From Bacteroidia bacterium (GTDB lineage Bacteria; Bacteroidota; Bacteroidia; Cytophagales; JAAEPT01), in assembly GCA_030431525.1 (NCBI GenBank), contig JAUIJC010000014.1:5330-69329 (forward strand): a DNA stretch of 64,000 bases, given 5' to 3'. The translations under genes and the position numbers were made by a program. A model generated the notes under the pieces. It ran no database searches and had not been told where the DNA came from. It saw only the letters and a program-made list of their open reading frames with translations. This document shows positions 35,849 to 47,100 of this stretch, piece by piece. Within the stretch, counting starts at the first letter, position 1. Each line of letters starts with the position of its first letter.

Positions 35849-37618
35849 ATGAACAAGGAACAACAGGCGGATTCCAAAGGCAATGCTTTTGACGTGAAAG
35901 TCTTCAAGCAACTGATGGCCTTTGTGATGCCTTACAAAGGGATATTTTTCTTGTTGGTGTTTATCTCCCTGAGCATGGCCGTTTTGGCGCCCGTGCTTCC
36001 GGTGCTGATTTCCAAAACCATTGAGGAATACATCAGCATGGGCGATGAGCAGGGCTTGTTGAACATGACCATTTTGATGGTGGTAGTGTTGGCAGGGCAG
36101 TCGCTATTGGCCTTTTTCAACACCTACCTTTCGGGTTGGTTGGGGCAGACGGTCATCAAGGACATCCGTGTAAAACTCTACCGCCATATCCTCAACTTGA
36201 GGCTTTCCTTCTTCGACAAAACGCCAATTGGCCGATTGGTCACTCGTAATGTTTCTGACATCGAAACCCTCTCCGAGGTCTTCAGCCAAGGCGTGGCTTC
36301 TATCTTGGCTGACTTGCTTCAATTGGTTGCCATACTTGGTGTGATGCTTTGGTGGAACTGGCGATTGACCTTGGTCAGCCTTTCCACTTTGCCGGTGCTG
36401 TTGATCAGCACTTACATTTTCAAGGAGAAGATCAAGGATTCCTTCGGCGCGGTGCGGACGGCTGTTTCCAACCTCAACACCTTTGTTCAGGAGCACGTGA
36501 CTGGCATGTCCATCGTCCAGATTTTTGGGACGGAGGACCGAGAATTGAAGAAGTTTAAGGAAATCAACGAGGAGCACCGTCGGGCACATTTGCGCTCTGT
36601 AAAGTATTACTCCATCTATTTCCCTGTGGCCGATGTGATTGGTGCTGTGGGTATTGGCTTGTTGGTGTGGTATGGCGCCAAGGGTATTTTTGCGGGCTGG
36701 GTCGATAACGTGGGCGTTTTGATTGCCTTCATCATGTTTATCGGCATGTTCCTGCGTCCGATTCGCATGATTGCTGACCGTTTCAACACCCTGCAAATGG
36801 GCTTGATCAGCACTGAGCGCATCATGCGATTGCTGGACAGCGATGAGATGGTGCAGGACCAAGGCAGTTTTGAGCCAGACACTTTGAAGGGGGAAATCAC
36901 CTTTGAAGATGTCTATTTCGCCTACAAGGACGAGGATTATGTGCTCAAGGACCTTTCCTTTAAGGTGGGACAAGGCCAGACGGTTGCTTTCGTAGGAGCG
37001 ACGGGTGCTGGTAAATCATCAACGATTGGACTGCTCAACCGTTTTTATCAACCACAAAAAGGACGTGTGTTGATTGACGGTGTGGAGATTTCAGAATACA
37101 GTTTGCCGGCCTTGCGCCGACATGTGGGCTTGGTGCTTCAGGATGTGTTCCTTTTCTCGGATTCCATCTTGGAAAACATCCGGTTGGGCAATCCAGACAT
37201 CACCGAGGAAATGGTCTGGAAAGCATCCGAGCAAGTTGGCGCCAAGGGTTTTATCGAAAGGCTTCCGAATAAATTGCACTATCAGGTGCAGGAGCGTGGA
37301 ATGACGCTTTCTGTGGGTCAGCGCCAGCTGATTTCCTTTGTGCGGGCGATGGTTTATGATCCAAAGATTTTGATTTTGGATGAAGCGACTTCCTCTGTGG
37401 ACAGCGAAACTGAGCAGATGATTCAGAACGCCATCGAGCGCATGATGGAAGGCCGTACGGCGGTGGTCATTGCGCACCGTTTGGCGACCATCCAAAAGGC
37501 GGACAAGATTGGGGTGTTGGACAAAGGGGAGTTGAAAGAAATGGGCAGTCACCAAGAACTGCTTCAGCAGGACGGCTACTACCGTCAGCTTTATCAAATG
37601 CAATACAAGAATTCATGA
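35849..37618 (+). CDS. ABC exporter, fused permease and ATPase (MsbA/MdlB-like)
   Basis: TM domain with FFDKTPIGRLVTR; GATGAGKS, LSVGQRQL, LILDEATSSVD, IAHRL. Confidence 0.93.
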   Translation: MNKEQQADSKGNAFDVKVFKQLMAFVMPYKGIFFLLVFISLSMAVLAPVLPVLISKTIEEYISMGDEQGLLNMTILMVVVLAGQSLLAFFNTYLSGWLGQTVIKDIRVKLYRHILNLRLSFFDKTPIGRLVTRNVSDIETLSEVFSQGVASILADLLQLVAILGVMLWWNWRLTLVSLSTLPVLLISTYIFKEKIKDSFGAVRTAVSNLNTFVQEHVTGMSIVQIFGTEDRELKKFKEINEEHRRAHLRSVKYYSIYFPVADVIGAVGIGLLVWYGAKGIFAGWVDNVGVLIAFIMFIGMFLRPIRMIADRFNTLQMGLISTERIMRLLDSDEMVQDQGSFEPDTLKGEITFEDVYFAYKDEDYVLKDLSFKVGQGQTVAFVGATGAGKSSTIGLLNRFYQPQKGRVLIDGVEISEYSLPALRRHVGLVLQDVFLFSDSILENIRLGNPDITEEMVWKASEQVGAKGFIERLPNKLHYQVQERGMTLSVGQRQLISFVRAMVYDPKILILDEATSSVDSETEQMIQNAIERMMEGRTAVVIAHRLATIQKADKIGVLDKGELKEMGSHQELLQQDGYYRQLYQMQYKNS

Positions 37619-38148
37619 GCAAGCATCAAGCATCTTCGATTTTCCGTGGGCTATTGTGGGCCGTATTTGTGATGGTCGGATTCTCTTCCTGTGGCCCTGA
37701 CCATTGGGAGGTGAATGACAAGGAAAACGCTACTTACATTTTGCACGGCTTGCCTTATGAAGGCTCATTCCGAAACAAGGAATTCGGCAACCTGATTATC
37801 CGCATGGAGGATTTGGCTAAGGCCAAAAAGGATTCTATCCCGACTGCCGTCTTTTACTACGAAGAGCTTCAGGAGGACGACCAAATCCGTTCTTTTGTGG
37901 GCTTGTTACTTGAGGATTCCACCACAGTTTTGGACGGCAGTTTTGAAACTCGTGTCTTCAAGTTTGACCGCATCGTTTCAGGTTTTGAGGTAGGGAATGA
38001 GCATCGCTCTGTGGTGTATAACAAGGTGCCGAGCTATATCCAGCAAAAGGGCTGGGAGCAGGATTCTCTCCAAAAAATTGAGATTTACCTACCAGAGAAC
38101 AAGGGGTTTTATTTGGATGTGCCGGTGGTGAAGAGGGATAGTTTGTAG
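37615..38148 (+). CDS. Hypothetical lipoprotein
   Basis: Lipobox FSSC; ATGA overlap with the ABC gene stop. Confidence 0.7.
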   Translation: MSKHQASSIFRGLLWAVFVMVGFSSCGPDHWEVNDKENATYILHGLPYEGSFRNKEFGNLIIRMEDLAKAKKDSIPTAVFYYEELQEDDQIRSFVGLLLEDSTTVLDGSFETRVFKFDRIVSGFEVGNEHRSVVYNKVPSYIQQKGWEQDSLQKIEIYLPENKGFYLDVPVVKRDSL

Positions 38149-38187
38149 GGGTTTTTCTACGCCCAAAATGACTGCCGTATTCCCGCT

Positions 38188-38245
38188 GTAGGGGCAGACC
38201 TGTGTGTCTGCCCAAACATTGCGGGCGGACACACAGGTCTGCCCC
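38188..38245. repeat. REP doublet gtaggggcagacctgtgtgtctgccc..gggcggacacacaggtctgcccc, copy 1
   Basis: Further copies at 56501-56562 and 63117-63177; half copies at 38448-38460 and 49952-49965. Confidence 0.85.
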
Positions 38246-38287
38246 AATACTGTTGCTTTACGGATGGAAATTCCCAAACTCTGGGTC

Positions 38288-38417
38288 AACCCCACCTCTG
38301 TCCTCCCCTTATCTAAGGGGAGGAGAAACCACCAGCCCATAGTCTGAAAACCATAATTGGCAGGAATTACCTGTAACATTCTCCTCCCTTTGGATAAGGG
38401 GAGGACAGAGGTGGGGT
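38288..38417. repeat. Inverted pair of acccc acctctgtcctcccctt..aaggggagga palindromes
   Basis: 38288-38324 and its inverse 38381-38417; third copy at 41089-41125. Confidence 0.75.
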
Positions 38418-38509
38418 CGAATTTTTGAGCTTAAAGCAACAGCATTGAGGTCCGCCCCTATGGGGATATGGTCGAAGAAAAAATAGCTATCCCATAAATA
38501 GAAACTCCT

Positions 38510-39319
38510 ATGAAATGGATTCTCCGTGTTCTTCTAATTTTTCTCACCTCAGGAATTTTTGCTCAGAAGGTTCAAGCTCAAACCTATGAGGTAATATTTT
38601 TAGGATTTTATGAAGACTCACTCACCTTTGATACCACTTTGAATTGGTATTGCTCGGTGATTGATCATAGAGAACGAGCTAATAATCATAGACAGAAGAT
38701 TTTAGAAATTGACCCGCAAAGTGATTTGATTCAAACCTTTGTTGAAAAGGATAGTGTGTATCAGCTATCCTATGCTAATGACTCCGTTTATTTTCAATTT
38801 ATAATAGGAACCTCGGATTCGTTGTACCAAAGGGAGTTTACTCCAGCAAGGGACTATCGAAACATTTATTATGTGCCTCTGGGGACATCATATGCTGTTA
38901 TTGAACCACCCGTTATTCGATCCTATAGCCCCTATATTAATTTATATGTAACGGGGACTTATACACTGAATAATGTATGGGGAGAGTTAGAATACTATTC
39001 CTTAAAAGTGGCTTGTGATTTTGATAGTTGGGCCTATTATAAGTACACAGAAATTAATGGCGAAAGGTTCGAGGAACGGAACAGTTTCGTCCAAGACCTA
39101 ACTCCCATGATGTTGAACCATATGATGATGGAATCATTCAAGCATGAGTTTAGTAATATCTATTTTGGATATGTGGATGGAGATGGGTTAAAGGATGTCA
39201 TTGTGGTCTATGGGAAAAAACATTTTCTATTTTTAACCTATAAATCAGACTTTAAGAACCATCATATTTATCACCTTGAAAAGGTTTGGTCTGACCCGAG
39301 GTGGAGCCCAGAGTTTTAA
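38510..39319 (+). CDS. Hypothetical secreted protein with one FG-GAP/VCBS-like motif
   Basis: Signal peptide ..VQAQ; YFGYVDGDGLKDVIV; AT-rich. Confidence 0.65.
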   Translation: MKWILRVLLIFLTSGIFAQKVQAQTYEVIFLGFYEDSLTFDTTLNWYCSVIDHRERANNHRQKILEIDPQSDLIQTFVEKDSVYQLSYANDSVYFQFIIGTSDSLYQREFTPARDYRNIYYVPLGTSYAVIEPPVIRSYSPYINLYVTGTYTLNNVWGELEYYSLKVACDFDSWAYYKYTEINGERFEERNSFVQDLTPMMLNHMMMESFKHEFSNIYFGYVDGDGLKDVIVVYGKKHFLFLTYKSDFKNHHIYHLEKVWSDPRWSPEF

Positions 39320-39331
39320 ATCCTCAATCCG

Positions 39332-40150
39332 CTACTCCCCCATAAACTGCATATTAATCCCCGAAAACAGCTGAATCTGTGGCTGGACACCGCTGTGGAG
39401 CATGGTGTACTGTGGTTCAATAAACAGGTTAAACACAGTATTTCCGACAGTCACCACTTTTCCGATGCCAAGCGCCATAGGCACCCCGTAGCTGTCATTT
39501 TCAAAGTCGAATACCCAAATGGGTGCGCCCCGCAAATAGACCCCTTTTCCCAATTGCCAAAAATAGAATGGTTGGATGGCGCCCAAGCTTGTTCCCGCAC
39601 GGTTGTTATCTCCAAACAAGGAGGCCTGATAGGTAATCAATGAGCCGAATTGTAGGACTGGCGAGTGGACGAAAAAAGCCACAAAGGCGAATCCTCCCTG
39701 CCATTTCCCTGAACCCAAGGCCGTTTCAGTGGCTGTGGGCAAGGCCACCAATGGGCCAATGCCAATGGTTTTGGTGGGTTTGGAAACGAGGCAATAGGCG
39801 AGGAAGGCGTTCAAATCACCCAAGCCGTTAATGGAGTTCACCTCATTGGTAGTTGGATTTGGCGTCCCGACCGTGCTTAAGGGCATTGAAATGCGCATCA
39901 AGAATTTCCCATTGGCAAATGGTTTGGCAAATCGAATCCAAGAGGTGTTGAGGTAGGCGTTGTCGGGGGAGTCTGTCAGTCTTGGAATGTAGTAGTTGTG
40001 GAAGTTGAGCGCCGTCATATTGGCCAAGGGGTTGTTGGCCTGTGCGGATTTGTCTGTTTTTGTAGAGTCTTTTGCCTCCTGAGCGATACAAAGCTGAGAG
40101 CCAATGCTGAAGCATAGGAGCAGTAAAAAGTATTTGATTGGTGTGGTCAT
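39332..40150 (-). CDS. Putative outer-membrane beta-barrel protein (ANNPLA family)
   Basis: Signal peptide; SAQANNPLAN, GLGDL, GIGP...PTAT...LGSGKWQGG; amphipathic strands ending GINMQF. Confidence 0.7.
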   Translation of the reverse strand: MTTPIKYFLLLLCFSIGSQLCIAQEAKDSTKTDKSAQANNPLANMTALNFHNYYIPRLTDSPDNAYLNTSWIRFAKPFANGKFLMRISMPLSTVGTPNPTTNEVNSINGLGDLNAFLAYCLVSKPTKTIGIGPLVALPTATETALGSGKWQGGFAFVAFFVHSPVLQFGSLITYQASLFGDNNRAGTSLGAIQPFYFWQLGKGVYLRGAPIWVFDFENDSYGVPMALGIGKVVTVGNTVFNLFIEPQYTMLHSGVQPQIQLFSGINMQFMGE

Positions 40151-40166
40151 ATGCTCAAGGTGATTT

Positions 40167-41036
40167 TTAAATAGCTGTAACATTCTTCCCGTCCGTCCAA
40201 TCATAAAACCCCATCCCAGTTTTTCGTCCCAACAAACCCGCATCCACCATTTTTATCAGCAGGGGAGAGGGCGCGTATTTGGGGTTGCCAAAGCCGTTTT
40301 GAAGGACGCGCAGGATGGAAAGGCAAGTGTCCAAGCCGATAAAATCGGCGAGCTTCAGTGGGCCCATGGGATGGCTCATGCCCAGTTGCATCACTTGGTC
40401 GATGGCCTTGGTGGTGCCCACACCCTCGAATTTGGCTTGGATGGCCTCGTTGATCATGGGCATCAAGATGCGGTTGGAGATAAAGCCTGCATAGTCCTCG
40501 GCCTCCACAGGGATTTTCCCCAATTTTTTGCTGAGCTCTATGATGGCGTTTGTGGTTTCCTTGGAGGTCAAATGCCCATTGATGACTTCCACCAAAGACA
40601 TCATCGGCACGGGATTCATAAAGTGCATGCCGATAAAACGTTCTTGACGGCTGGTGGCCGAAGCTAGTTTCGTGATGGAAATGGAGGAAGTGTTAGAGGC
40701 AAAAATGGTGGAGGCGGGAAACTGTTTGTCCAAGCTTTTGAACAGGTCAATTTTAAGGCTTTCTACCTCAGGAATTGCCTCAATGATAAGGTCTGGGGTT
40801 CCCATATCGCCAAAATGGGTATGACCTTCAAGTCGATACAGTGCTTCGGATTCCTCTTCCTTGGTGATTTTCCCTTTTTCTACCTGTCGGCTGAGGTTTT
40901 TCTCAATGGTGGTGATGCCTTTGTTCAGAGATTGTTCTGAGGAATCGACAAGGTAGGTTTCAAATCCACAGAGAGCAAAGACGTGGGCGATGCCATTCCC
41001 CATGGTTCCTGCGCCGACAACTGCAATTCGTTTCAT
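40167..41036 (-). CDS. hbd: 3-hydroxybutyryl-CoA dehydrogenase
   Basis: GAGTMGNGIA, IEAIPE, ASNTSSISIT, GMHFMNP, GFISNR, HPMGPLKLADFIGLD, LGRKTG.GFY. Confidence 0.93.
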   Translation of the reverse strand: MKRIAVVGAGTMGNGIAHVFALCGFETYLVDSSEQSLNKGITTIEKNLSRQVEKGKITKEEESEALYRLEGHTHFGDMGTPDLIIEAIPEVESLKIDLFKSLDKQFPASTIFASNTSSISITKLASATSRQERFIGMHFMNPVPMMSLVEVINGHLTSKETTNAIIELSKKLGKIPVEAEDYAGFISNRILMPMINEAIQAKFEGVGTTKAIDQVMQLGMSHPMGPLKLADFIGLDTCLSILRVLQNGFGNPKYAPSPLLIKMVDAGLLGRKTGMGFYDWTDGKNVTAI

Positions 41037-41088
41037 AGGAGAGGTAAAAGGTGTTAAAAAGGGTGTAAGGTGTTTTTAATATAGTGTT

Positions 41089-41125
41089 TCCTCCCCTTAG
41101 AAAGGGGAGGACAGAGGAGGGGTTG
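41089..41125. repeat. Third copy of the cctcccctt..aaggggaggacagagg palindrome
   Basis: Matches 38381-38417. Confidence 0.7.
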
Positions 41126-41181
41126 AACAAAAGCATACCTCTAAAAATACGATTCCCGATGCCTGAGGTTGGGACACAAAA

Positions 41182-41208
41182 AATCCCCGACCAAAATGGA
41201 CGGGGATT
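41182..41208 (-). terminator. Intrinsic terminator
   Basis: aatcccc-gacc-aaaat-ggac-ggggatt preceded by an A-tract. Confidence 0.6.
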
Positions 41209-41249
41209 AAGCATTCGCCTGTTCGGCTTTAAATCCTCAATTGGGACAG

Positions 41250-43100
41250 TTAATCTTCGTAGGCTGGTTCTGCTTCCTCCTCAACAGCAGGAGCTTCCTC
41301 CATTTCATACTCCTCAGTAGATTCCTCCTCAATGTAAATCTGCTCGGTATCCTCAGCCTCGGCGGCCATCACTGGGTTGCTCATGCGGTAGAGTTTGTCA
41401 GTGATTTCCAAGATGGTGAGCAAGCTCGACTGATTTTGCTCTTCCAGCTTGATGTTGCCTTGATATTCGAAAACGGTTTTGCTTACCATTTTTCCTTTCA
41501 AGGTTACGTGCTCAATCACGGCCATTTGCTCAAGTTCTTCCTTATCCTTGTTGGATAATGGGAAGTTCTCCTTCACAGTCTCTTCGATGGCGTTTGCATC
41601 AAAGTTCATGTAAATAGAGTTGTCAAGAATGGCTTGCTGCTGCTCTTTGGACACCGCCAAGTCTTGGTAGCCAGTTTCCAAACGGTTTTTTACCAATTCC
41701 TCATCATTGGTGAACAAAAGCGTCATGTCCTTGGTGAAAGCCAAGTACAATGGCAGTTTGCCCACTTCCTTGTTTTCTACGCGGTAGTAGCCTTTATCTT
41801 CCTTAATCAACTCAAAGGCCTTTAGGGCGTTCAGCACCAGTTGGATGTCCTTGCTGGTGTTCACGGCCAAGGTGAATACAGGCAACTTCTCCGTTTTTGT
41901 TTTTTCGACTTCGGTGAAGTTGTAGTTCTCGTCCATTTCGAAATCCGTGTAGGTCATTTCGAATTCACGGAGGTCGTTCACGGCCAAGATGGCGTCGCCT
42001 TTTAGCAAGGAACCGATGGCATCCTCGTCCACTACGATGTCCAAAAGGTCGAACACGCTCACCGCTTTCTCGCCATATTCTGGCACGGCGCTCATCAAGT
42101 CGCGGTAAAGGCTGGCGGTGCTTTTGAACAAGACTTTGTTGTCCAAGGCCAAGGCCACAACGCCGAGCAAATCATCGCCCTTGATGTAGTTGAACAGCTT
42201 AGGGTCAACTGAGGTGTGAACGCCTTCAGTCAGGTCAGCCAATTTCTCAGAGGAAACCTGCTTGCTGCGCAATGTGATTTCGTCCTCCTCAAAGTTGATC
42301 CAAGTGGCGTTGTAAGACCCCTTGTAATAGGTGAGCAAGCGCTCCTGAATGGCAGTGGTGATTTCCAAGTATTGGCGGTCGCTGCGCGAAACATAGCCGT
42401 CTTGGATAATATTGGCTTGGAAGGCCTGAATCTGTGGATAACCTTTCTCCACATTCACCCAAAGGGAGAGGTCGGCATCCTCCTTGACCACTTCGTCAAA
42501 GGTTTCATCCTTCAGGCCAAGGTTCTTTTTGTTAAGGCTGTAAGCGATGTATTTGTCGCGCTGAACTTTCAGGCGATCCGCTTTTTGCTCTTCCCATTGC
42601 TCATAAGTCAGCTCCTTGTTCTCCCGACGAGCGGTGTAGTAGCTGTCCTTTTCTGGCATAAAGCCCACCAATCGCAAGGATTTTTTGCTCAAGATGAGGA
42701 ACATCTCATCTTCCTTATCATAGAAAACCTTCTTGCCCTTTACTTTATCCGAAACCTCAAAAACACCTTCCAAGGCATCTTCCAAGGTTTTAGCATCCGT
42801 CACAGGAACAACCAATCCCATGGTGAGGGCGCTGTCCACAACTTCTACAAAAAGGTGGCTGTTGGCTTTGAGGTCGATGCCCGACTCTTCGCTGTTGAAA
42901 AGGATTTGAAGGGTGGAGTCGGCGTCCTTGAACATTTCCAGCTTGGTGAGTTTGTCCAAACCGATGTTTTCAGAAAGTTCTTTTCCGTTGGCGGAAATCA
43001 CCAATGGGGTGTTTTTTGGGAGCTCCTTGTTGAGGTTTTGCGCCATCAAAGGGGCGCTGGCGAGTAAAAGTCCCCCGAGGAGACCAGCACGGATGTTCAT
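41250..43100 (-). CDS. Exported protein, DUF4836-like
   Basis: Signal peptide ..PLMAQ; ESGIDL, DADLSLWVN, LLKGDAILAV, KTEKLPVF; acidic tail. Confidence 0.7.
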   Translation of the reverse strand: MNIRAGLLGGLLLASAPLMAQNLNKELPKNTPLVISANGKELSENIGLDKLTKLEMFKDADSTLQILFNSEESGIDLKANSHLFVEVVDSALTMGLVVPVTDAKTLEDALEGVFEVSDKVKGKKVFYDKEDEMFLILSKKSLRLVGFMPEKDSYYTARRENKELTYEQWEEQKADRLKVQRDKYIAYSLNKKNLGLKDETFDEVVKEDADLSLWVNVEKGYPQIQAFQANIIQDGYVSRSDRQYLEITTAIQERLLTYYKGSYNATWINFEEDEITLRSKQVSSEKLADLTEGVHTSVDPKLFNYIKGDDLLGVVALALDNKVLFKSTASLYRDLMSAVPEYGEKAVSVFDLLDIVVDEDAIGSLLKGDAILAVNDLREFEMTYTDFEMDENYNFTEVEKTKTEKLPVFTLAVNTSKDIQLVLNALKAFELIKEDKGYYRVENKEVGKLPLYLAFTKDMTLLFTNDEELVKNRLETGYQDLAVSKEQQQAILDNSIYMNFDANAIEETVKENFPLSNKDKEELEQMAVIEHVTLKGKMVSKTVFEYQGNIKLEEQNQSSLLTILEITDKLYRMSNPVMAAEAEDTEQIYIEEESTEEYEMEEAPAVEEEAEPAYED

Positions 43101-43115
43101 AAAAGAGGCTTCTAT

Positions 43116-43787
43116 TTAGAAGTAGATTGTATTGCTTAGTAGAGTCTTTTTGGTGAGCACATCGGCAATCGGTGTGCGCAAGATGACAATGGTGTTGTCC
43201 TTGGCCAAAGTGGCTTTGGTGTTGCTGACCTTGGTCACCTTTTTGTCGAGGCGGAAGACGCTGGTATAGCTGGCGCCGCCTAAGTTGGTATTTAGTTGGT
43301 CCTTTTGGCCTTTGGCAATCAAAGTGCTCAGGAAACTATGGAACAGTTCCTTTCGCTCCAATGAGTTGCCGTCATAGCTGTAGAGCGTTTTTGGAAGTGT
43401 GTACCGTTTCTTATTGTAGCTCTCCGACACATTGTGAAGCGCCTGATTCAGGCTGTTCATGTCTTTGAAGTCGAAGCTTATGGTAAGGATGTATTTGTCG
43501 AAATCCTTGTTCACCACCACATTCGAAATACCCGCCTGTTGAGCCATTCGGTCGCGGAATCGGTCGATATGCGCGCCAATCTCCGCTTTGGAGGGGACAG
43601 GTTGCCCGTTCAGGCTATCCAAGGAAAGGATGGTGTTGATGCGTGAGGCGCTCTGGCTGAGGTTGCCGATAAACTTGAATGAGCCCGAACCATTCTCATG
43701 AATCGTTACATCCTCAATCACATCAAAACAGCTCGTCAGGCTGAAGGAAAGAATCAGCAAAAGGAATGGGATAATTTTATTTCGCAT
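43116..43787 (-). CDS. Hypothetical lipoprotein
   Basis: Lipobox LTSC followed by FDVIEDVTIHENGSG; co-oriented with the DUF4836-like gene. Confidence 0.75.
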   Translation of the reverse strand: MRNKIIPFLLLILSFSLTSCFDVIEDVTIHENGSGSFKFIGNLSQSASRINTILSLDSLNGQPVPSKAEIGAHIDRFRDRMAQQAGISNVVVNKDFDKYILTISFDFKDMNSLNQALHNVSESYNKKRYTLPKTLYSYDGNSLERKELFHSFLSTLIAKGQKDQLNTNLGGASYTSVFRLDKKVTKVSNTKATLAKDNTIVILRTPIADVLTKKTLLSNTIYF

Positions 43788-43876
43788 GGCCAAAAATTTT
43801 ATTGGTGTCATCTCATTTATTGAAGGGCTTGAAAATCAGGCCAAAATTGCTCCTTTGCTGTCGTCATTTCGCTCCA

Positions 43877-43884
43877 CAAAGTTA
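43877..43884 (-). promoter_or_regulatory. -7 element TAACTTTG for the lipoprotein/DUF4836 operon
   Basis: caaagtta on the + strand. Confidence 0.5.
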
Positions 43885-43933
43885 GCTAATTCCACTGAAA
43901 GGTAAGAAAACAACAAAAAAACTCCCCTTAAGG

Positions 43934-43964
43934 TTTGCCTCATGTTAAAATCTCCTTACCTTTG
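43934..43964 (+). promoter_or_regulatory. Bacteroidota housekeeping promoter of tRNA-Glu (-33 TTTG, -7 TACCTTTG)
   Basis: tttg 43934-43937, 19-nt spacer, tacctttg 43957-43964. Confidence 0.75.
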
Positions 43965-43981
43965 TGTCATCAAAGCGCAAC

Positions 43982-44053
43982 GCTCCGTTCGTCTAGGGGT
44001 TAGGACGCCAGGTTTTCATCCTGGTAGCAGGGGTTCGATTCCCCTACGGAGTA
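43982..44053 (+). tRNA. tRNA-Glu (TTC)
   Basis: Acceptor stem GCTCCGT/ACGGAGT, D arm gtctaggggttaggac, anticodon arm ccagg-ttTTCat-cctgg, T arm agggg-ttcgatt-cccct; 72 nt; CCA not encoded. Confidence 0.97.
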
Positions 44054-44054
44054 C

Positions 44055-44087
44055 AAAAAGGTCTCGATTTTCGAGACCTTTTTTTTT
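44055..44087 (+). terminator. tRNA-Glu terminator
   Basis: aaaaaggtctcga-tt-ttcgagaccttttttttt. Confidence 0.85.
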
Positions 44088-44138
44088 GCCCTAAATTTGG
44101 GGTCAGTTATTCTTTCAGATATACCTATCAAATTGATT

Positions 44139-47100
44139 ATGAGGAAATATTTAATCCTTTTAGGCTTGGTGTTGGGAGTATTAGGAGCGAGGGCGCAGGA
44201 AGCGCAGTGGTCTATTTTAATGCAAAATATCCAAGCTAATTATTACGATGCTCCTTGTGAATCTGACTCATCATGGACTATTGGTGGAAAACGATACAGT
44301 TGTAAGGAAGATTATATTAGGGAGGAGTTTGTTAATATTCCTCTGAGTGGAGTTGTTGAAGGGAAATTTTGTTTTGAAAATGATGATTTGTCGGTTATTT
44401 CAGGACCATACTTTCTAAATAAACTTTCTCAAAGAGAAGGAACCCTTTTGTACTATGATAACATGGGGTTACCAGATATGGGGTTCCAGATGTTTAATGA
44501 TTTGGTACCAGATTCCAATAATGGTCTATGGATTGGGTCTGATGTTTATGGGCTAATCCATTATAAAGGAGAACATCAGATTTCAACTTATGGAAAGGGA
44601 AATTCTGAATTGAAATCAGATAATGTAAAATCCTTATTGAGTGATTCTCTTGGAGGTCTTTGGGTAGGGACTGATGCTAATGAGTTAGTAAATTTTTATC
44701 AAGGAAGTTGGAAATCATTTACAATCAATGCCCCTGCCAGTGATATTGTAGAAGGAAATGACGGTGATATTTGGATTAGCACTCAGGGTGATGGAGTCCA
44801 GCTATTGAAAAATGGAGATTTTACGGATTTCAATAAATCAAATTCAAATTTGTTGACTGATAGCATCCAATTTATGGCAGGTGACCGTAATGGAGGTGTT
44901 TGGTGTTGGCATGAGGGGGCTGGGTTAAGTCATTTTGATGGGGATTCTTGGGAGGTTTTAACACTTGAAAATTCAAGTCTTCCTACAAATTCAATTTCGG
45001 ATCTGATTGTAGATGCACAAGGGGTTTTATGGATCTCTTTGGCTGATGATGGTGTCGCCAGATATAATGGTACCGATTGGATGGTCTTCAAGGGGGCTGC
45101 GTTTTTATCTCCTAATTTTTCAACGAGGCCTCAATTGTTTTATCTAACCCGAGAAGGGGTGCTCTATGCGTCTTCATATGAAGGTCTTTTGCTTTGGGAT
45201 GGATTAAGTTGGAAGAGTAAATATCTAGGAGGTTCAGGAATTAGTGTAGGGCCTAAAGCTCCTATTATGTCGACTGGTGTTGTTGACCTAGATGGTAGTG
45301 TTTGGGTTGGAGGTGAGCAAGGAGTTTCCAGAAGATCTTTAGATGGGACGTGGGACTATTTTACCACTGATAATTCTGGTATTCCTGATAACATAATAGC
45401 TGAGGTAGCCATAGACTCCAAAGGTAATGTGTGGTGTGGTGCACACAGTTCAGATGGGGTTTCGAAATTTGATGGTCAAAATTGGGAGCTTTTCAGTCCA
45501 CAAAATTCGGGTTTTACCCAAGGTAGTGTGGGAGAAATGGTGATCGATCGTGATGATAATGTCTGGATAATTAGTTCTTCCTCACTCTTTAAGTATGATG
45601 GAGTTTCTTGGGTAGAGTACAATGAAAGTAATTCTGGGTATATCAAATATTATTATCGCAGTTTGGATATAGATACTGCAGGTTGTCTTTGGATGTTGTA
45701 TGGGAATGGGTTGGTGAAATATGATGGTGTGTTGTGGGATACTTTGACACCCTCAAATTCGATGATGCCTAGCTATGATTACCTGGACTTAAAGATTGAT
45801 AACCAAAACCAATTCTGGTTAGGCACCAAGGAAAACGGCTTAGTTCGTTTTAATGGTCAGGATTGGGAAGTGTTTGATACGTTGAACTCTAATTTGATTT
45901 CAAATCATGTGGATCATTTTGTTTTGGACAACCAAAACCTATGGATGTCTCATGAATGGAATGGTATTCAAGCGTTGACAAAAATTGATGGTAAGGATTT
46001 TATTTCTGACTCGGTGGGTCACTATCGTCATATGTTTGTGAATCCGATTTCGTCATTGAATCCTTTTCTAATAGATACCGAAGGACGAGTTTGGTGTGAA
46101 GATGGCTACGTTCGTTTAGTAATCTTCAACAACGGCGCCCCCGCCATTTCCCCTAAAAAATTGCACATCTCAGGAAGTATTGATTCTCCAGTTCCGCAAG
46201 ATGTGCTTTTGCTCCCAGATTCTGTTTTTGTACAAACTTCTGGCTCCTATTCTTTTCCTGTGGATACTGGGAAAACCTACACTGTGAAATGTCTTCCAAA
46301 GACATCATGGGAATTGGTGAAGGACACTACATATCAAGTTAAGCTTGGTGACAACTCCGTGACGGGTTTGGATTTCGTTGTAAGATCAACAGCCCCACAA
46401 CCAGCTATGAAGACAGTTTTGAGTGCAGGAATAAACCGTTGCTCCTTGACTGTTCCTTTCTGGTTGAATTACCGCAACCAAAGTGATGAGGAAATGTCTG
46501 GTCAGGTGGAGTTGGTATTGGACAGTAATGTGACTTATGCTCGTAGTAGCAAATCCTTGTCTGCACAGACGGATAAAATTCTGACTTGGGATTATTCAGG
46601 GTTACAACCAAATGAAGAGCGCCAGATTCAGGTGTGGTTGGAGATGCCAGACTTCAATCAGATGGGAGAGGATTTCCTGTATGTCGCTAAGGTTTCTGAT
46701 GGAAATGGGAATGCTTTTGCGGATACCTTGAGCGCGACATTGAGATGCTCCTATGATCCAAATGATAAGTTGGTAACTCCAGCGGGTGTTTGTGAGGGGA
46801 ATTATGTGGAAAAGGATGACTGGATTGATTACACCATTCGATTCCAAAATACGGGTAATGATACCGCCTTTAAGGTGCTTCTGTTGGATACTTTGAGTGC
46901 TTCTTTTGACTTAGAGACTTTTGAGGTCATTGCAAGTAGCCATACCCTTGAAACCAGTTTTGGAACCTCTGGAGAGGTACGTTTCCTATTTGAAGATATC
47001 CTACTTCCTGATAGCACTACCAATGAGTCCGAAAGTCACGGTTTTGTTCGTTATCGTATCAAACCAAAGGCTTTGGTGGCTGATAAGTCTGTGGTGAAAA